DNA of 64,000 bases from Octopus sinensis (GCF_006345805.1 NC_043003.1:63488001-63552000), one strand, 5' to 3'; positions 25,986-38,542 are shown, numbered from the stretch's first letter. Notes: generated by a model from the sequence alone, not told the origin. A program made the numbers and translations.

Positions 25986-27473
25986 AACGCGCATGCGTCG
26001 AGTTGTTTACTGTGTCAAGTTTTGACTAGGCGGGACAGAATCCTTTGAGCTGCTCGCCAGCGGTTTGTTGGCGAGTGGAAAAATAATGATTCGGACCTTA
26101 GCGAGTACGAGTGTCCACATCTGAGGAGGAGCTCGTTAAGGCGGTGAACAGGAATGAACAACATTTGGAGAAAATGAAGAGTTTTGCTGACGCGGCGAGA
26201 GTGAAGTGAAGAGAAAGGAAGTGGACCTGACTGAACTGAAGGAGCTGTATAAGATGACACCAGAAGGTGGGAAGTGACGTAAAGTTACTACCCCCGAAAA
26301 CGGTCATGGTGAATATGGAAAGAAAAACCATCACCTACAAGGTGCACTCAGTGCAGAGTAGGAGAGTGGAGCAGATGAATATGGAAAAAATAGAAAAAGC
26401 TCTCAAGGGGCTTTCGAACGAAGTAACATACATAGCAAACGGAAGCGGATATGGGACGGTGGTTGTCCAGTTTAAAACAGAGGAGGAGGCGAGGAGGCTG
26501 GCAAGTGCAACCGTAAAAGCTGAGGAACTGGTGCTTCTACCCTCTTATCTTGGAAGAAAAAATTCTAAGGTGAGGGTAGAAGGAATTCCACCTGACATAA
26601 AGGTGGCTTGGGTTGCGGCAGCCGTCCTCGTTGGAAGTGAGGAGGTGACTGTCCTCCAAGCCACAGAGACAGAGGAAAGAAGTTACAAAGGAAAACTACT
26701 GGAAATGACCATACAAGCGGAGGCGAAGGAGCTGGAAAATTTGGCGGAAACGGTGTCAGTGGGAGAAATAGTACTGAGAGTATGGGTAGAAGGCAGAACC
26801 CCGCGGTGCTTTAAATGTGGCCAAAAAGGCCACATTAGAGCACACTGCCCCCTACAGAAGAAAAAGAGCGCACTGCCCCCTACAGAAGAAAAAGAGGAAA
26901 AAATAGATGAACCAGTTGCGGAGACAAAGAAGAAAAAAAGAGGACGAAAGGAGAGAATGGATAGTAGCAGAAGTAGAAGAGAAGAAAAGAAAGAAAGAAC
27001 ACTGAGTGTGAAATGGTACCCCAGTCCACTCCATCCACCCAAGACCACTCAGACCCACCCGCCCCATACAGACACCAGACCCACACACTCCCTTTCCCCA
27101 CAAGAAAAAAAAAGAAAAAGAAAAAAGAGCAGACACCACAGAATTCAGAAAACCCCTCCCCGGGTGAAAAAGGTTGCGAAAGAAAGTTGTCTTTAAGTGA
27201 TAGCGAGAATGGAAAAGAAGGACTAGACCAGAGATTAGAGAAGAATTCAGACTCAAAGGCAGCGAGTGTGGTGTTGCTCAGAGTGGGGTGAGTAGCACAC
27301 TCGTCATATTTCATACTTTTTCAGATATCATGCATGTTATCATAAACTTAATTTATTTTCTCACGTTCATTTTCATGTCACTCACAGTACCATTATTTTA
27401 ATTGTTATATGTCCCCACATGTTTTTGTAGTGTCCCCTCTATGTAATGCCTTTATGGCAAAATAGTTGAAATA
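25986..27473 (+). mobile_element. ORF1-only non-autonomous Tx1/L1-clade element (HAL1-like)
   Basis: Bounded by target copies aagtagcttgct (25974-25985) and aagtagctttgct (27474-27486); gag-like ORF only; ends ...tgaaata(aa). Confidence 0.8.
26267..27196 (+). CDS. Gag-like ORF1 protein with CX2CX4HX4C zinc knuckle (homology extends upstream to ~26150; probable frameshifted tail to 27291)
   Basis: CFKCGQKGHIRAHC; aligns by eye with the ORF1 at 27882 (QSRR, YGTV, PSY.GR, LRV.VEGR.P.C). Confidence 0.8.
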   Translation: MGSDVKLLPPKTVMVNMERKTITYKVHSVQSRRVEQMNMEKIEKALKGLSNEVTYIANGSGYGTVVVQFKTEEEARRLASATVKAEELVLLPSYLGRKNSKVRVEGIPPDIKVAWVAAAVLVGSEEVTVLQATETEERSYKGKLLEMTIQAEAKELENLAETVSVGEIVLRVWVEGRTPRCFKCGQKGHIRAHCPLQKKKSALPPTEEKEEKIDEPVAETKKKKRGRKERMDSSRSRREEKKERTLSVKWYPSPLHPPKTTQTHPPHTDTRPTHSLSPQEKKRKRKKSRHHRIQKTPPRVKKVAKESCL

Positions 27474-27881
27474 AAGTAGCTTTGCTAACCTCACTGACAG
27501 AAGAGTGACTTTGCTTACCGTACTACGGTTTGGACGCGTTTTTTTTCCCGGTAAGAGTTTTGCTGTGTTGTTAATTGTTGAATTCCTACTACTGAAAATT
27601 TGCCTTTAAACGTTGCTGAACTGTCTTGTTCTCCGGTTTTACGGGAAATAATTGAATAATTTCTTACCGTTGAACTGTTAGCCATTGTGGCTTTTATTTA
27701 CGTGACTATATATAGTCCTGCCTGCAGACTATTTTCGTGCCCCTCCCCCGAATGGGGGTGGGAATTGGAATTTTTGAACTGCTTTTTTGAACTACTTTGG
27801 AAGAAAAACTTTCTATAGGTTTCCCAGTTTTGTGGGAAACCAATATTCGTAATTTTTGTGTTGTCTAATTTCAACAGAATA

Positions 27882-29279
27882 ATGTCTGTTGAAATTATTC
27901 ACGAAAGTAGTGCTCTTGAGGAGAGCAATGTTAAAAAATTTTCTGAGGTGGCCGCAGTGGCTACCGAGAACATCGATATCGATGTCAATCAGCTCGTCGA
28001 GCTATTTAAAAGAATGCAAGAGGAGGGTGGTGATGTTAAAATATCACCCTCCGCCAGTATCGTGGAGACCGAGAAGCGGACCGTAGTGTTTAAAACTTTC
28101 TGTCCACAAAGCAGAAGGTTCAAACACTTTGAAAAAAGCACCATCGAGAAATGCCTGTCCCCAATTTGGAAGGACATCGTGTACGTCGCCAGGGGACGGG
28201 CATATGGCACTGTGGATGTCCGCTTCTCGGGGGAAGAAATGGCCCGCGGGCATTCTGTAAACCCCCTAAAAACCAAGGAGGTGGTACTTTTTCCAAGCTA
28301 TAGGGGACGCAGGACGTCCCGGGTCAGGATTGTAGAAGCCCCGCCGGAAGTAGATCCGGTAGAGGTAGTGGCCGCCCTATTATATAAATGGGCGGACAAA
28401 ATAAAAATACTAGAAGTAACATGCTCTACCCCTCGATTTTGGCTCGGGCGTAACATTAATATATTAATTCAAGGAACAGCGGAGGACCTACAGCTCCTTC
28501 CTGAGAGGGTGCTCGTGGGCGAGAACGTAGCCCTCAGGGTACAGGTCGAAGGCCGAAAACCCACCTGTTACGCCTGCGGCAAAAAGGGCCACATTCGTGT
28601 AGACTGTCCAGACAAGCAAAAGAAACCGCAGACACCAGGCCCCTCAGATAATAAAAAAGTCCCTACCCTTGCAAACACACCTACCCCTACAAAAACAAAA
28701 AATCCCACTCCTGCTGTTACGGTGCCAACCCCAAAACAGACTGAAGAAAAAACCCAGCCCTCGCACTCACAAACCCCTACACTATTAAAACCTCCCACCC
28801 CCCTAAAAACTGCGGCGCCTACCGAAACAACTATTGCTCCCAGACGATACCATGGAGGTATCAGAGGGGGGATTTACACCAGTTCGTAAAAGAATTCGTG
28901 CAGCATCCCCGTCCACATCCCCTACAAAAAATAATAAAAACAAACACCACCACAGACACGGAAAAAAAAATCCCGCTCAACTGGCCCAGAAAAAGAAGAC
29001 AAAAAGAAAATGAACTCATATTAATTGAATTCGACACACAAGACAAATACATAAACGATATTGTGGTTCAGCATCAGTCAGCAAGACTACAACAAATACA
29101 AAGATCGAAATAGACACGCGTGGATTGCGGAAACAACGTTCAAACAATTAAAAGACAGACACCCAAACGCCATCCGGCATGTCGCGAACTTGCCGGACTA
29201 TCTGAAGAAAGAGGAGAAAGAAGGGGCCCACAAACGTGTGGTGAGGTCGGCCCCCACCTCTCCAATGAAATGTAAGTAG
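27882..29279 (+). pseudogene. LINE ORF1 (gag-like, CCHC knuckle, Pro/Thr/Lys-rich C-terminus), apparently frameshifted twice
   Basis: CYACGKKGHIRVDC; ORF pieces 27858-28889, 28898-29113, 29061-29279. Confidence 0.8.
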
Positions 29280-29296
29280 AACTTTTACTTTTTGTA

Positions 29297-32200
29297 ATGG
29301 CTTCGCTTAACCTTGGTTGTTTAAATGTGCGTGGTCTGAGTTCGAAGTGGAAGCAGGCTTGTTTCCTCGACGACCTCAGATCACATGATATACATGTGTG
29401 ATGGTTGCTACAGAGACCAAGCTGGACAGCCTACAAACCTTCTCGCCTCTCCTGAATGGCTACGAGAAAATCATGTCTCCTGGCCAGACCGGAGGGCGAG
29501 GGGGCGTAGTGGTACTGATCCGTAAAGACTTGGCTCTACAGACAAGTACAGTCTATGTAGACCCAGAAGGTGGGCTGGTCGTCCTTGATGTGACATACGC
29601 AGTAAGGCCTTCAGGTTGATCGGACTCTATGCACCTTGTGCTAGAGGTTTCCAAACTGATTTTTATCGGCGCCTAGAGGGCTTTCTCGTGACGTCGAAGA
29701 CTTTAGTGATATTAGGGGACTTTAATGCTATCGTTGACGTACACATCGATAGCGTTGGCTCGATCTATAGGAAAGTGAACTCACGTCTCGTGGATCTGCT
29801 TAAGCGGTTTCAGCTAGCAGATCGTTACAGACTTGACCATCCGAACGTCCCAGAGTGGACCTGGATGAGTGGCGACGGAAGGTTCAAGTCTTATCTAGAC
29901 AGGATAGTGATAAGAACTAGAGATAAGTCTAGTTTTAGTTGTCCACAGCTCGTCCAGGTGCCCTATACTGACCATAGAATGGTCACGTGTAGACTGGACA
30001 TAGATAGCACACTTAAGATAGGAACCGGCTACTGGAAGCTGAACAAGTCTATTTTGACACGCGAGGCATACCGTAGCCGGATTAAGGTGTTAGTGCAGAG
30101 GGCGTTAACCGGAGCCGTGGTTAATAACCGGTGGTGGTTCACCCTCAAAAAGCCATTCGATTCGAGTCCATTAGATTTAGTAACAACTAAGACTAGATAG
30201 GGCTAGAATAGAAGGGCAACTAGTTAAGAACTTAGAGGAGGCGTTGAGGTTGGGCTCTGCATCTCACATTTTAGCGGCGGCGAGAACGGCATTAGACCGT
30301 CACCTCAAAACCAAACATGAGGGATGTAGAGTCGGGCTAAAGTACGAGCATTGGGCCGTGAGGGAATTAATGTTGCCGGATGGGCCCCCGTACGATAGAA
30401 ACACAGCGTGGAAACGATGCCACAATTGGGTCTCTTGTTGATGAAAACGGATGCACGATCAAGAAGCGGGACGAGATGTGTGAGGCACTTCACAAGCACT
30501 TCGCCGAGTTGTTCGGGAGGTGCGGGACGCTGGATCATGGTGAGCCCTTAGGGACTTCCTGTGGTGGGCCCGCGCCTCTCGACACGAGAGGCTGAGTGCT
30601 GTGAAGGGCCAATCACATCCGAGGAAGTAATCGAGGTGTTGGGCAAGTGCCCCGGGGAGAAGTCGCCGGGTCTCGATGGTCTGCCCTATGAATTTTATAG
30701 AAGTATGCCAGACTTGTTCGGGCACCTGCTGGCTAGCGTCTACGCCAACTGGCACAGAATGGGAGAATTCCCAAGTCTGCGAGCCGGGGGGCGGTGACGT
30801 TGATCAGGAAGGACCCGAACAAGGGGGACGAGATAGGGAACTTCAGGCCCATAACTCTGTTAACACCAGAGTTAAAGATTCTGGCCAAGGTGCTAGCAAA
30901 AAGGTTGGCGCGGGTCGTGGACAAACTTGTCGGGGAAGCGCAAACGTGCGCTATCCCCGGCAGAACGATCCACGACAATCTCCACCTTATACGCTACTCC
31001 TAGAGAGGGGGGGGGGAAGCTTCTGGCGCAGGGGAGCACTGGTACATTTAGACCAGTCCAAAGCATTTGATAGGGTCGACCATCGGTACCTGGCGGCGGT
31101 CCTCGGAGAGGCTGGCCTAGGCCGACCTTTCGAGGTTGGATCGCTGCTTTGTATAGCGACATCGAGTCTGTAGTCAAGGTGAACGGTTCCTTTTCGAAGC
31201 CGTTCAGGATCGAGCGTTCAGTTCGTCAAGGGTGTCCCCTGTCCTCGCTCCTATACGTATTGGCTCTTGAGCCTTTGCTGCGGAAGTTGGAGGCACTAGG
31301 GGGCGCGCCGCATGATCTATGGTGTGGAAGAGGAGCTACGGCGTATGCGGATGACACCTCCATCATCGTGGCAGACGAAGGCCAGCTTCCAGTCGTGGAA
31401 GAGGCCATCAAAAGCTACGAGGCGGTGGCAGGAGCAAAGGTTAACAAGGACAAGTCGGTCGGTTTGCAACTCGGCACCTGGAGGGGCAAGCCGATGCCGT
31501 CCAATAACGTCGTAGGGCGTTGGACGGAAGTCCTGTTAAGCTGCTCGGAGTCTGGTTCGGGCCAGACCTCCAGATTGAGAAAAATTGGAGTGAGGTGGCC
31601 AACAAGGTGACCGCTCTAACCCAGACCTGGTCTGGGCGGGCGTTATCCCTGCTAGGGAAGGCGGAGGTGGTGCAGATGTTTATAGCATCAGTAATCACCT
31701 ACCGCCTGACCGTGGTGCCTTGCCCCGATTTGTGGCTGAACAAGTTGGAGAGAATCCTTTTCCGATTTTTGTGGAAAGGAGGAAAGCCACTTGTAAAGCG
31801 CTCTGTCTGCTGCCAGAAACCGCTAAAGGGTGGGCTAGGGATGCCTTGGCTGAGGATGCGAAAATCGCGTTAAGGTTGAGGCACCTCTGGCTTTACCTGG
31901 ATGGAGAGCAGGTGTGGTCGCCGCACGTCCGGTTCTACCTTCCCCAGTTAACATCCCTAACGGACATCGGTGCATGGATCAAGCGGAGACCTAAAGTGAA
32001 TGGCATTTGGAGTGCCGTCAGGCGCTCCAGCTACTATCTCGGGTGGGCAACGCCGGCAACAGGAGTTCCACCACGGATTTCTATAGCGGGTTAGTGGAGA
32101 TTAAGTCCGAAGACGCCTTGGGGGAGACCCTGGGCTACGATGAAAATCAGTTGGTCAACTTGTTCCGAAGGACGTTCGGGCTGGGGTATCTGGATAATTA

Positions 32201-32677
32201 CCAGAAATCCCTGGCCTGGCAGTGTTTCCGTGCGGCTTTACCTGTTCGCGACAAGCTGTCAAGGCACGGTAGTGCCGTCTCGCCGACATGCCCGCGATGT
32301 GAGCAGGATAGGGAGACCGTCTTGCACGCATTCGTGGAGTGTCCGGAGTTATCGGGACTGATAGCTTTTGTTGAACAACTGTTGTCAGTGATGGGAAGAG
32401 TACAGCTATCAGCTGAGTCTATCATCGAGATTGTGCCGCCCCCTTTCCTTAACAGGGAAAGAAAGGCTTGTTTTTTCTGTGTAGTAGCCATACTGAAAGA
32501 AACAGTATGGAAGACGCGTACGAAAGGTATAGTGACAGGCACCTTGTCTCTGGCCAGGGGTTGATTAACTTTTTTAGTTACCACCTCAGTAGCAAAATCA
32601 GGCTGGAGAAGAGGTGTCTGTCACGAGATATTTGTGAAAAGAGGAAGCCTGTGGCATACAAGATGGTATGTTGGTAA
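29297..32677 (+). pseudogene. LINE ORF2: APE endonuclease, reverse transcriptase and C-terminal zinc finger; about ten or more frameshifts
   Basis: LNVRGL, ATETK, GDFN, YLDR, TDH (APE); KSPGLDG, RPITLL, DQSKAFDRVDH, RQGCPLS, YADD, LLGV (RT); CPRC...ETVLHAFVEC. Confidence 0.92.
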
Positions 32678-32919
32678 TTGTTGTGAGGTAAGTGTGACCC
32701 GATCAGAAAGTAAAGGTTCTACCCGGATGGCTGGGTGTCCGTCCTTCGACATGATCATTAATATTTTTAAACATTGCCTTCGTAAAATTCATTGTTTATA
32801 ATCTTATCCGTAATTTCATTCGAAAATTGTAACTGTGTTAAGCTACTTCACCCTTTATATTTGTCTGTCCTTGTTTGTCCCCTCTTTGTAAATGCCTAAA
32901 TGGCAAATTATATGAAATA

Positions 32920-33069
32920 AAGTAGCTTGCTTATGAACCACATGGTTCCGGGTTCAGTTCCACTGCATGGCACCTTGGGCAAGTGTCTCCTACTTATAGC
33001 CTCGAGACGACCAAAGCCTTGTGAGTGAATTTGGTAGACGGAAACTGAAAGAAGCCCGTCGTACATATG

Positions 33070-33128
<59 letters not shown>

Positions 33129-33325
33129 TTTTGTGTGTCTGTGTTTGTCCCCCCAACATCGCTTGACAACCGATGCTGGTGTCTTTACGTCCCCGTAACT
33201 TAGCGGTTCAGCAAAAGAGACCGGTAGAATAAGTACTAGGCTTATTAAGAATAAGTCCCGGGGTCGATTTGCTCGACTAAAGGCGGTGATCCAGCATGGC
33301 CGCAGTCAAATGACTGAAACAACTA
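32920..33325 (+). mobile_element. 3' remainder of the split SINE family A copy
   Basis: aagtagcttgcttatgaaccacatggttccgggttcagttccactgc... continues the head at 25957 and is colinear with 54199-54613. Confidence 0.9.
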
Positions 33326-33399
33326 GAAGTGTATAAGGGTAATTAATTTTAAACGACTGTTTGATTTATCGCACGGTAAATCAGTCAATCAGCGAAACC

Positions 33400-33870
33400 T
33401 GTCAAGATAAACCTGAAGTTAGGGAAGGAATGTCAATGATGCGATCATGACTGGCGACGAACAGACTTTGGACAAACATGTGAGGAGCACAGTTTGTATC
33501 CCAGAAAAAACTTCAAACTTCAACTAAACTAGAAGGAAAAATCGCCACAAAACTCCCATATACATATACAACGACGCCAAACACTATTACAACAGAATAT
33601 TAAAATTCAAACATAAAAATCATGTACGCAGTGAAGTATCTGCAAATATCTGCTGCACCATTAACCCCAGCCTGAAACATTGTGCTGGGTTACACACCAC
33701 CACCAACAAATACAGAAGAACAGCATCCGCCACGCGCTGGTCGGTTCCGCGCTGTCTGTTTCAGATATAAGAATCCACCCGAATCTGCATGTGTACTGAA
33801 ATAAAGTGGAGTAAGACTAAACCCCCGACGATTTCATCACTGCGTCTCGGAGTGTGAAGTGTAGTTCTTA
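33400..33870 (+). mobile_element. Possible solo LTR
   Basis: Higher-complexity block with gatataag and AATAAA (~33800) followed by an LTR-like end ttcttaac; no TSD found. Confidence 0.25.
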
Positions 33871-34240
33871 ACTAGGTTAGATTATGGTGTAACTGGAACA
33901 ATAGATACACCATGGGATTCATAGCAACAATAACAACATCGTACACCAGTATACCTACATACACATGTGTGTTTGTGTGGAGTAGCGCGCGCGCGTGCAA
34001 ATATATATATATATGTATACACACACACACACACAGACGCGCGCACACGCAATGCAAGTGCGCATGTTTTGCTGTTAATCTGATGAAATGCTTCTCCAAT
34101 GTAATCGGTTGCTAATATTGTGTAACTTTTCACATGAAATTATTTACTTGCTACGGTGTTAGAAACGGAATGGTACTGAAGTAACTAATAATAAAGCGAT
34201 ATTGAATTCATTCTTCGTATTCTTAAATGTATCGTACGTG

Positions 34241-34302
<62 letters not shown>

Positions 34303-34590
34303 CATGTGTGTGTATGTGTGTGTATAGATAGAAAGATAGATACATACATACAATCATGCATACATACATATACGTGCGTACATTCATACATAATCCATGC
34401 ATACATACACATACACACATACGTACGTATATTCATACATAATACATACATAGATGCATACAAGCATACACAAACCCGTACATACATACATATATACATA
34501 CACACACATTCATTCATACATACATACATACATACATATACGTGCGTACATTTGTACATAATACATGCATAAAAACACACGTACATGCAT

Positions 34591-34667
<77 letters not shown>

Positions 34668-34779
34668 GTTTTCCTTCCAAAGATAGAGGCATTGCACTGA
34701 TGCAGTGCAATACTTTTCCCATAATCGATAAAGTAGATGAAAATTCCTGCTGAGTCGTTATTATTTGAATCCATTTAAG

Positions 34780-35410
34780 GCAGCGAAATGGCAGAACAGT
34801 TTGCACGCCGTACAGAATACTTAGCAGTATTTCGTCCGTCTTTACGTTCTGAGTTCAAATTCCATTGAGGTTGACTTTCCCTTTCGTCCTTTCGAGATCG
34901 ATAAAATAAATATCTGTTGAGCACTGAGATTGATGCAATTGACTACACACTTCCCCTAAAATTTCGTTCATATCTAAAAGGGGGTTAAAGATACAGTGGA
35001 CAAACAAGGACAGACAAAGGGATCAAATCGATTACATCGACCCCAGTGTGTAACTGATACTTAATTTATCGAACCAGAAAGGATGAAAGACAAAGTCGAC
35101 CCCGGCGAAATTTGAACTCAGAACATAAAGACAGACGAAATACGGCTACGCATTTCGCCCGGCGTGCTAACGTTTCTTATTTCTTTATTGCCCACAAGGG
35201 CCTAAACATAGAGGGGACAAACAAGAAAAGACAAAGGGATCAAATCGATTACATCGACCCCAGTGTGTAACTAGTACTTAATTTATCGACCCAGAAAGGA
35301 TGAAAGGCAAAGTCGACCTCGGCAGAATTTGAAATCAGAACGTAGCGACAGACGAAATACGGCTACGCATTTCGTCCGGCGTGCTAACGTTACTGCCAGC
35401 TCGCTGCCTT
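34780..35410. mobile_element. SINE family B cluster (one plus copy, tandem nested minus copies)
   Basis: Repeated gaaaggatgaaaggcaaagtcgacc modules; junction gtgctaacgtttct|tatttctttattgccc at ~35175. Confidence 0.8.
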
Positions 35411-37094
35411 AGAACTCCTAATAATATTGAATCATAAAAATACAATATAATTTTTTAAACATCGAATGGCCAGGTGGGTCCACCAGAATATAAAACAGGA
35501 GTCCAAGGAGTCCATAGGTAAACAAAAAAAATGCTTGAGAAACATTTATTTACGAGAAACTGTTCAAACAAGAAATCGAAACTGGAACTATGGCATAGAA
35601 ACAGCTGATTGAAAGCCTATTTCTTCTCTGCGGCACATGCTTCAATTCCGTATTCGAGAAAATAACTTCCAGTTCATCTGAACGGCAAAACCAATTAATT
35701 ACCAATATTTTGGAGATGCACAGCCAATCGTTTAAACCTGAAGCATAAAGTACAGTAGTATAACAACATAAATATTATTATTTCCTCTGTCAGAACAAAA
35801 CAAATCAAAATAAATTGACAGGAAATTATCAAGCTTCGCTATTTGTTCCCGACTTGATTGTTTCACACATCTAGTTTGATTTTAATTAAATTGAATTCAA
35901 GTATTTATTGGTTTGTAAAAGAAATGATTGGTTATGAAATTAATTAGCTGATCTGTTCTTTTTAAGTAATAACAGATTTATAATCTAATTGCTAGCTTTA
36001 ATATATTTCTGTAGTCATATCTACAATCTCTGAATTAATTGTTACCAGATGACTGTCAAGAATAATTATCGAGTGATATCTAATTTATATTAGTGTCCTT
36101 CCAACTATTACGGCTGCTGAATAATATAATCTGTAATTTTAGTTGCATTTAAAAATTAGCTTCGAATAACTGACATCCATAACTGAAGAACCAGCTCATA
36201 GCTGAGAAATGGCCATCGTTTAAATTTTTAACACAGCACGAATTGCCAATGATTACGTTCACAGTAAAACCGCCGAATGGAAACCGGATGTCAGCTTCGA
36301 TTCCCGATTAATGCCTCTTCACTTCATTTTTGTTTCTAACACATTTGTAGAATGCATGAATGTCACAGCATTATATTTCATGTCCTGTGTAAGCCTAGGG
36401 CTTTAACCTATCAATACTGTTCAGTGTAGGGACTGACAGGTGAAAGATTAGACCCAACGTTTCCGAGCGACTAAAAGAGGGTTCAAGGTATTTGTACCCT
36501 TATCTCGCAAAGCCTTCACCAGTAAAAACTACTGAAAACTGATTCACGGATTGGAGGGTTGTCGTGTGAGTGGTGCAAAGGGGCCATCCACCAGGAATGG
36601 TAGGGAATCACCAACAAACCGGGGATGCAACGATGCGCTGTTACAACACATGCACCCCATACTAGTATTATTTCTACTACTACTATAGCTGCTGCTACTA
36701 CTATGATTGCTGCTGCTACTACTACGACTGCTGCTGCTGCTACTACCACTACTATTACGATTACTACTGCTGCTACTACTACTACTACTAACTACTACTA
36801 CGACGACGACGATTGCTGCTGCTGCTGCTACTACTACTTCTACTACTACTACTACTACTCCACGTAAGCAAAAAGGCAGCTCTGTATGTGAATCTAGAAA
36901 ATAATTATGATCTGGTTTTGAGTATCCCATTGACGCAGCTTAATCCAATACAAATACAGATAATCGCCAGACAGGGTTAAAGCGATAGACCGAATGGGGA
37001 GGCTGAGTGTTCGAATCCAAAGTACAATTCATTCGACACGTTTCCGAGCCGCCTAGTTTCTGTTTTGTGGTTTTTCATTAACCCACGACTATAA

Positions 37095-38430
37095 TGGTTC
37101 TAGATTTTGGCACAATGCCAGCAATTTCAGGGAAGTGGGTAATTCTATTACATCGACCCCAGTACCTGACTTGTACTTATTTCATCGACCCCGAAAGGAT
37201 GAAAGGCAAAGTCGACCCCTGCAGAATTTGAACTCAGAACGTAATGCCGCTAAACATTTGCTCGGTGGGCTAACGATTCTCTTATCTACTCCAGACACAA
37301 GGCCCGAAATTTGGGGGGAGGAGGCCAGTCAATTAGATCGACTCCAGTACGCAACTGGTACTTAATTTATCGACCTCGAAAGGATGAAAGGCAAAGTCGA
37401 AAGCGGTGGAATATGAACTCAGAACGTAAAGACAGACGAAATACCGCTAAGCATTTGGCCAGGAGTGCTAACGTTTCTTATTTCTTTATTGCCCACAAGG
37501 GGCTAAACATAGAGGGGACAAACAAGGACAGACAAAGGGATTAAGTCGATTACATCGACCCCAATGCGTATCTGGTACTTAATTTATCGACCCCGAAAGG
37601 ATGAAACGCAAAGTCGACCTCGGTGGAATTTGAAATCAGAACGTAACGGCAGACGAAATACGGCTACGCATTTCGCCCGGCGTGCTAACGGTTCTACCAG
37701 CTCACCGCCTTACAACTCCTAATGATATTATTTTCTACTCTAAGCACAAGGCCCGAATTTTTTGGGAAGAGGGCCAGTCAATTAGATCGACCCAGTATGC
37801 AACTGGTACTTAATTTATCGACCCCGAATGGATGAAAGGCAAAGTCGACCTCGGCGGAATTTGAACTCAGAACGTAGCGGCAGACGAAATACCTATTTCT
37901 TTACTACCCACAAGGGGCTAAACACAGAGAGGACAAACAAGGACAGATAAACGGATTAAGTCGATTATATCGCCCCCAGTGCGTAACTGGTACTTATTTA
38001 ATCGACCCCGAAAGGATGAAAGGCAAATCAACCTCGGCGGAATTTGAACTCAGATCGTTAAGGCAGGCGAAATACCGCTCGGCATTTCGCCCGGCGTGCT
38101 AACGTTTCTGCCGGCTCGCCGCCTTACCCCATAACAATATTAGAGGAAATCTGTGATAATGAACTGACAGAATCGTAAGCATTCCAGAAAAAAAAAATTG
38201 CTTAGCAGATTTTTTTCCAGTTTAAAGCGGGGAGCTGGCAGAATTGTTAGCACGCGCGTCAAAATGATTATCGACATTTCTCCCGTCTTTATGTGTTGAG
38301 TCCACACTCCGTTTGAGTCGACTTTGACTTTTATCCTTTCGGCATCAATAAGCACCAGTTGTGCACTGTGGTCGATGTAATCCACTTACCTCAATCCCCG
38401 AAATTGCTGGCCTTGAGCCAAAATTTGAAA
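37095..38430. mobile_element. Dense SINE family B cluster with composite nested copies
   Basis: At least five modules on minus (37095-38125) and one on plus (~38230-38430). Confidence 0.85.
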
Positions 38431-38542
38431 TCCATTTTAGAGGACATCTACGTAAAGTGTCACTCGATGGAATTGAAACCCAAATCTAGTAATTGCAAAA
38501 CAAGCTTCTAAACCGCTCGACCATACCAGTTAATGGGTTAGT

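Larger units (their letters stand above)
27487..32919 (+). mobile_element. Full-length Tx1/L1-clade non-LTR retrotransposon
   Basis: 5' UTR, ORF1, ORF2 (APE-RT-zinc finger), 3' UTR with AATAAA; flanked by target copies at 27474-27486 and 32920-32931. Confidence 0.9.

Noticed and set aside
37095-38130. Regularly recurring gaaaggatgaaaggcaaagtcgacc that could mimic a CRISPR array
   Set aside because: The intervening sequences are homologous SINE bodies rather than unique spacers; eukaryotic context and no cas genes.
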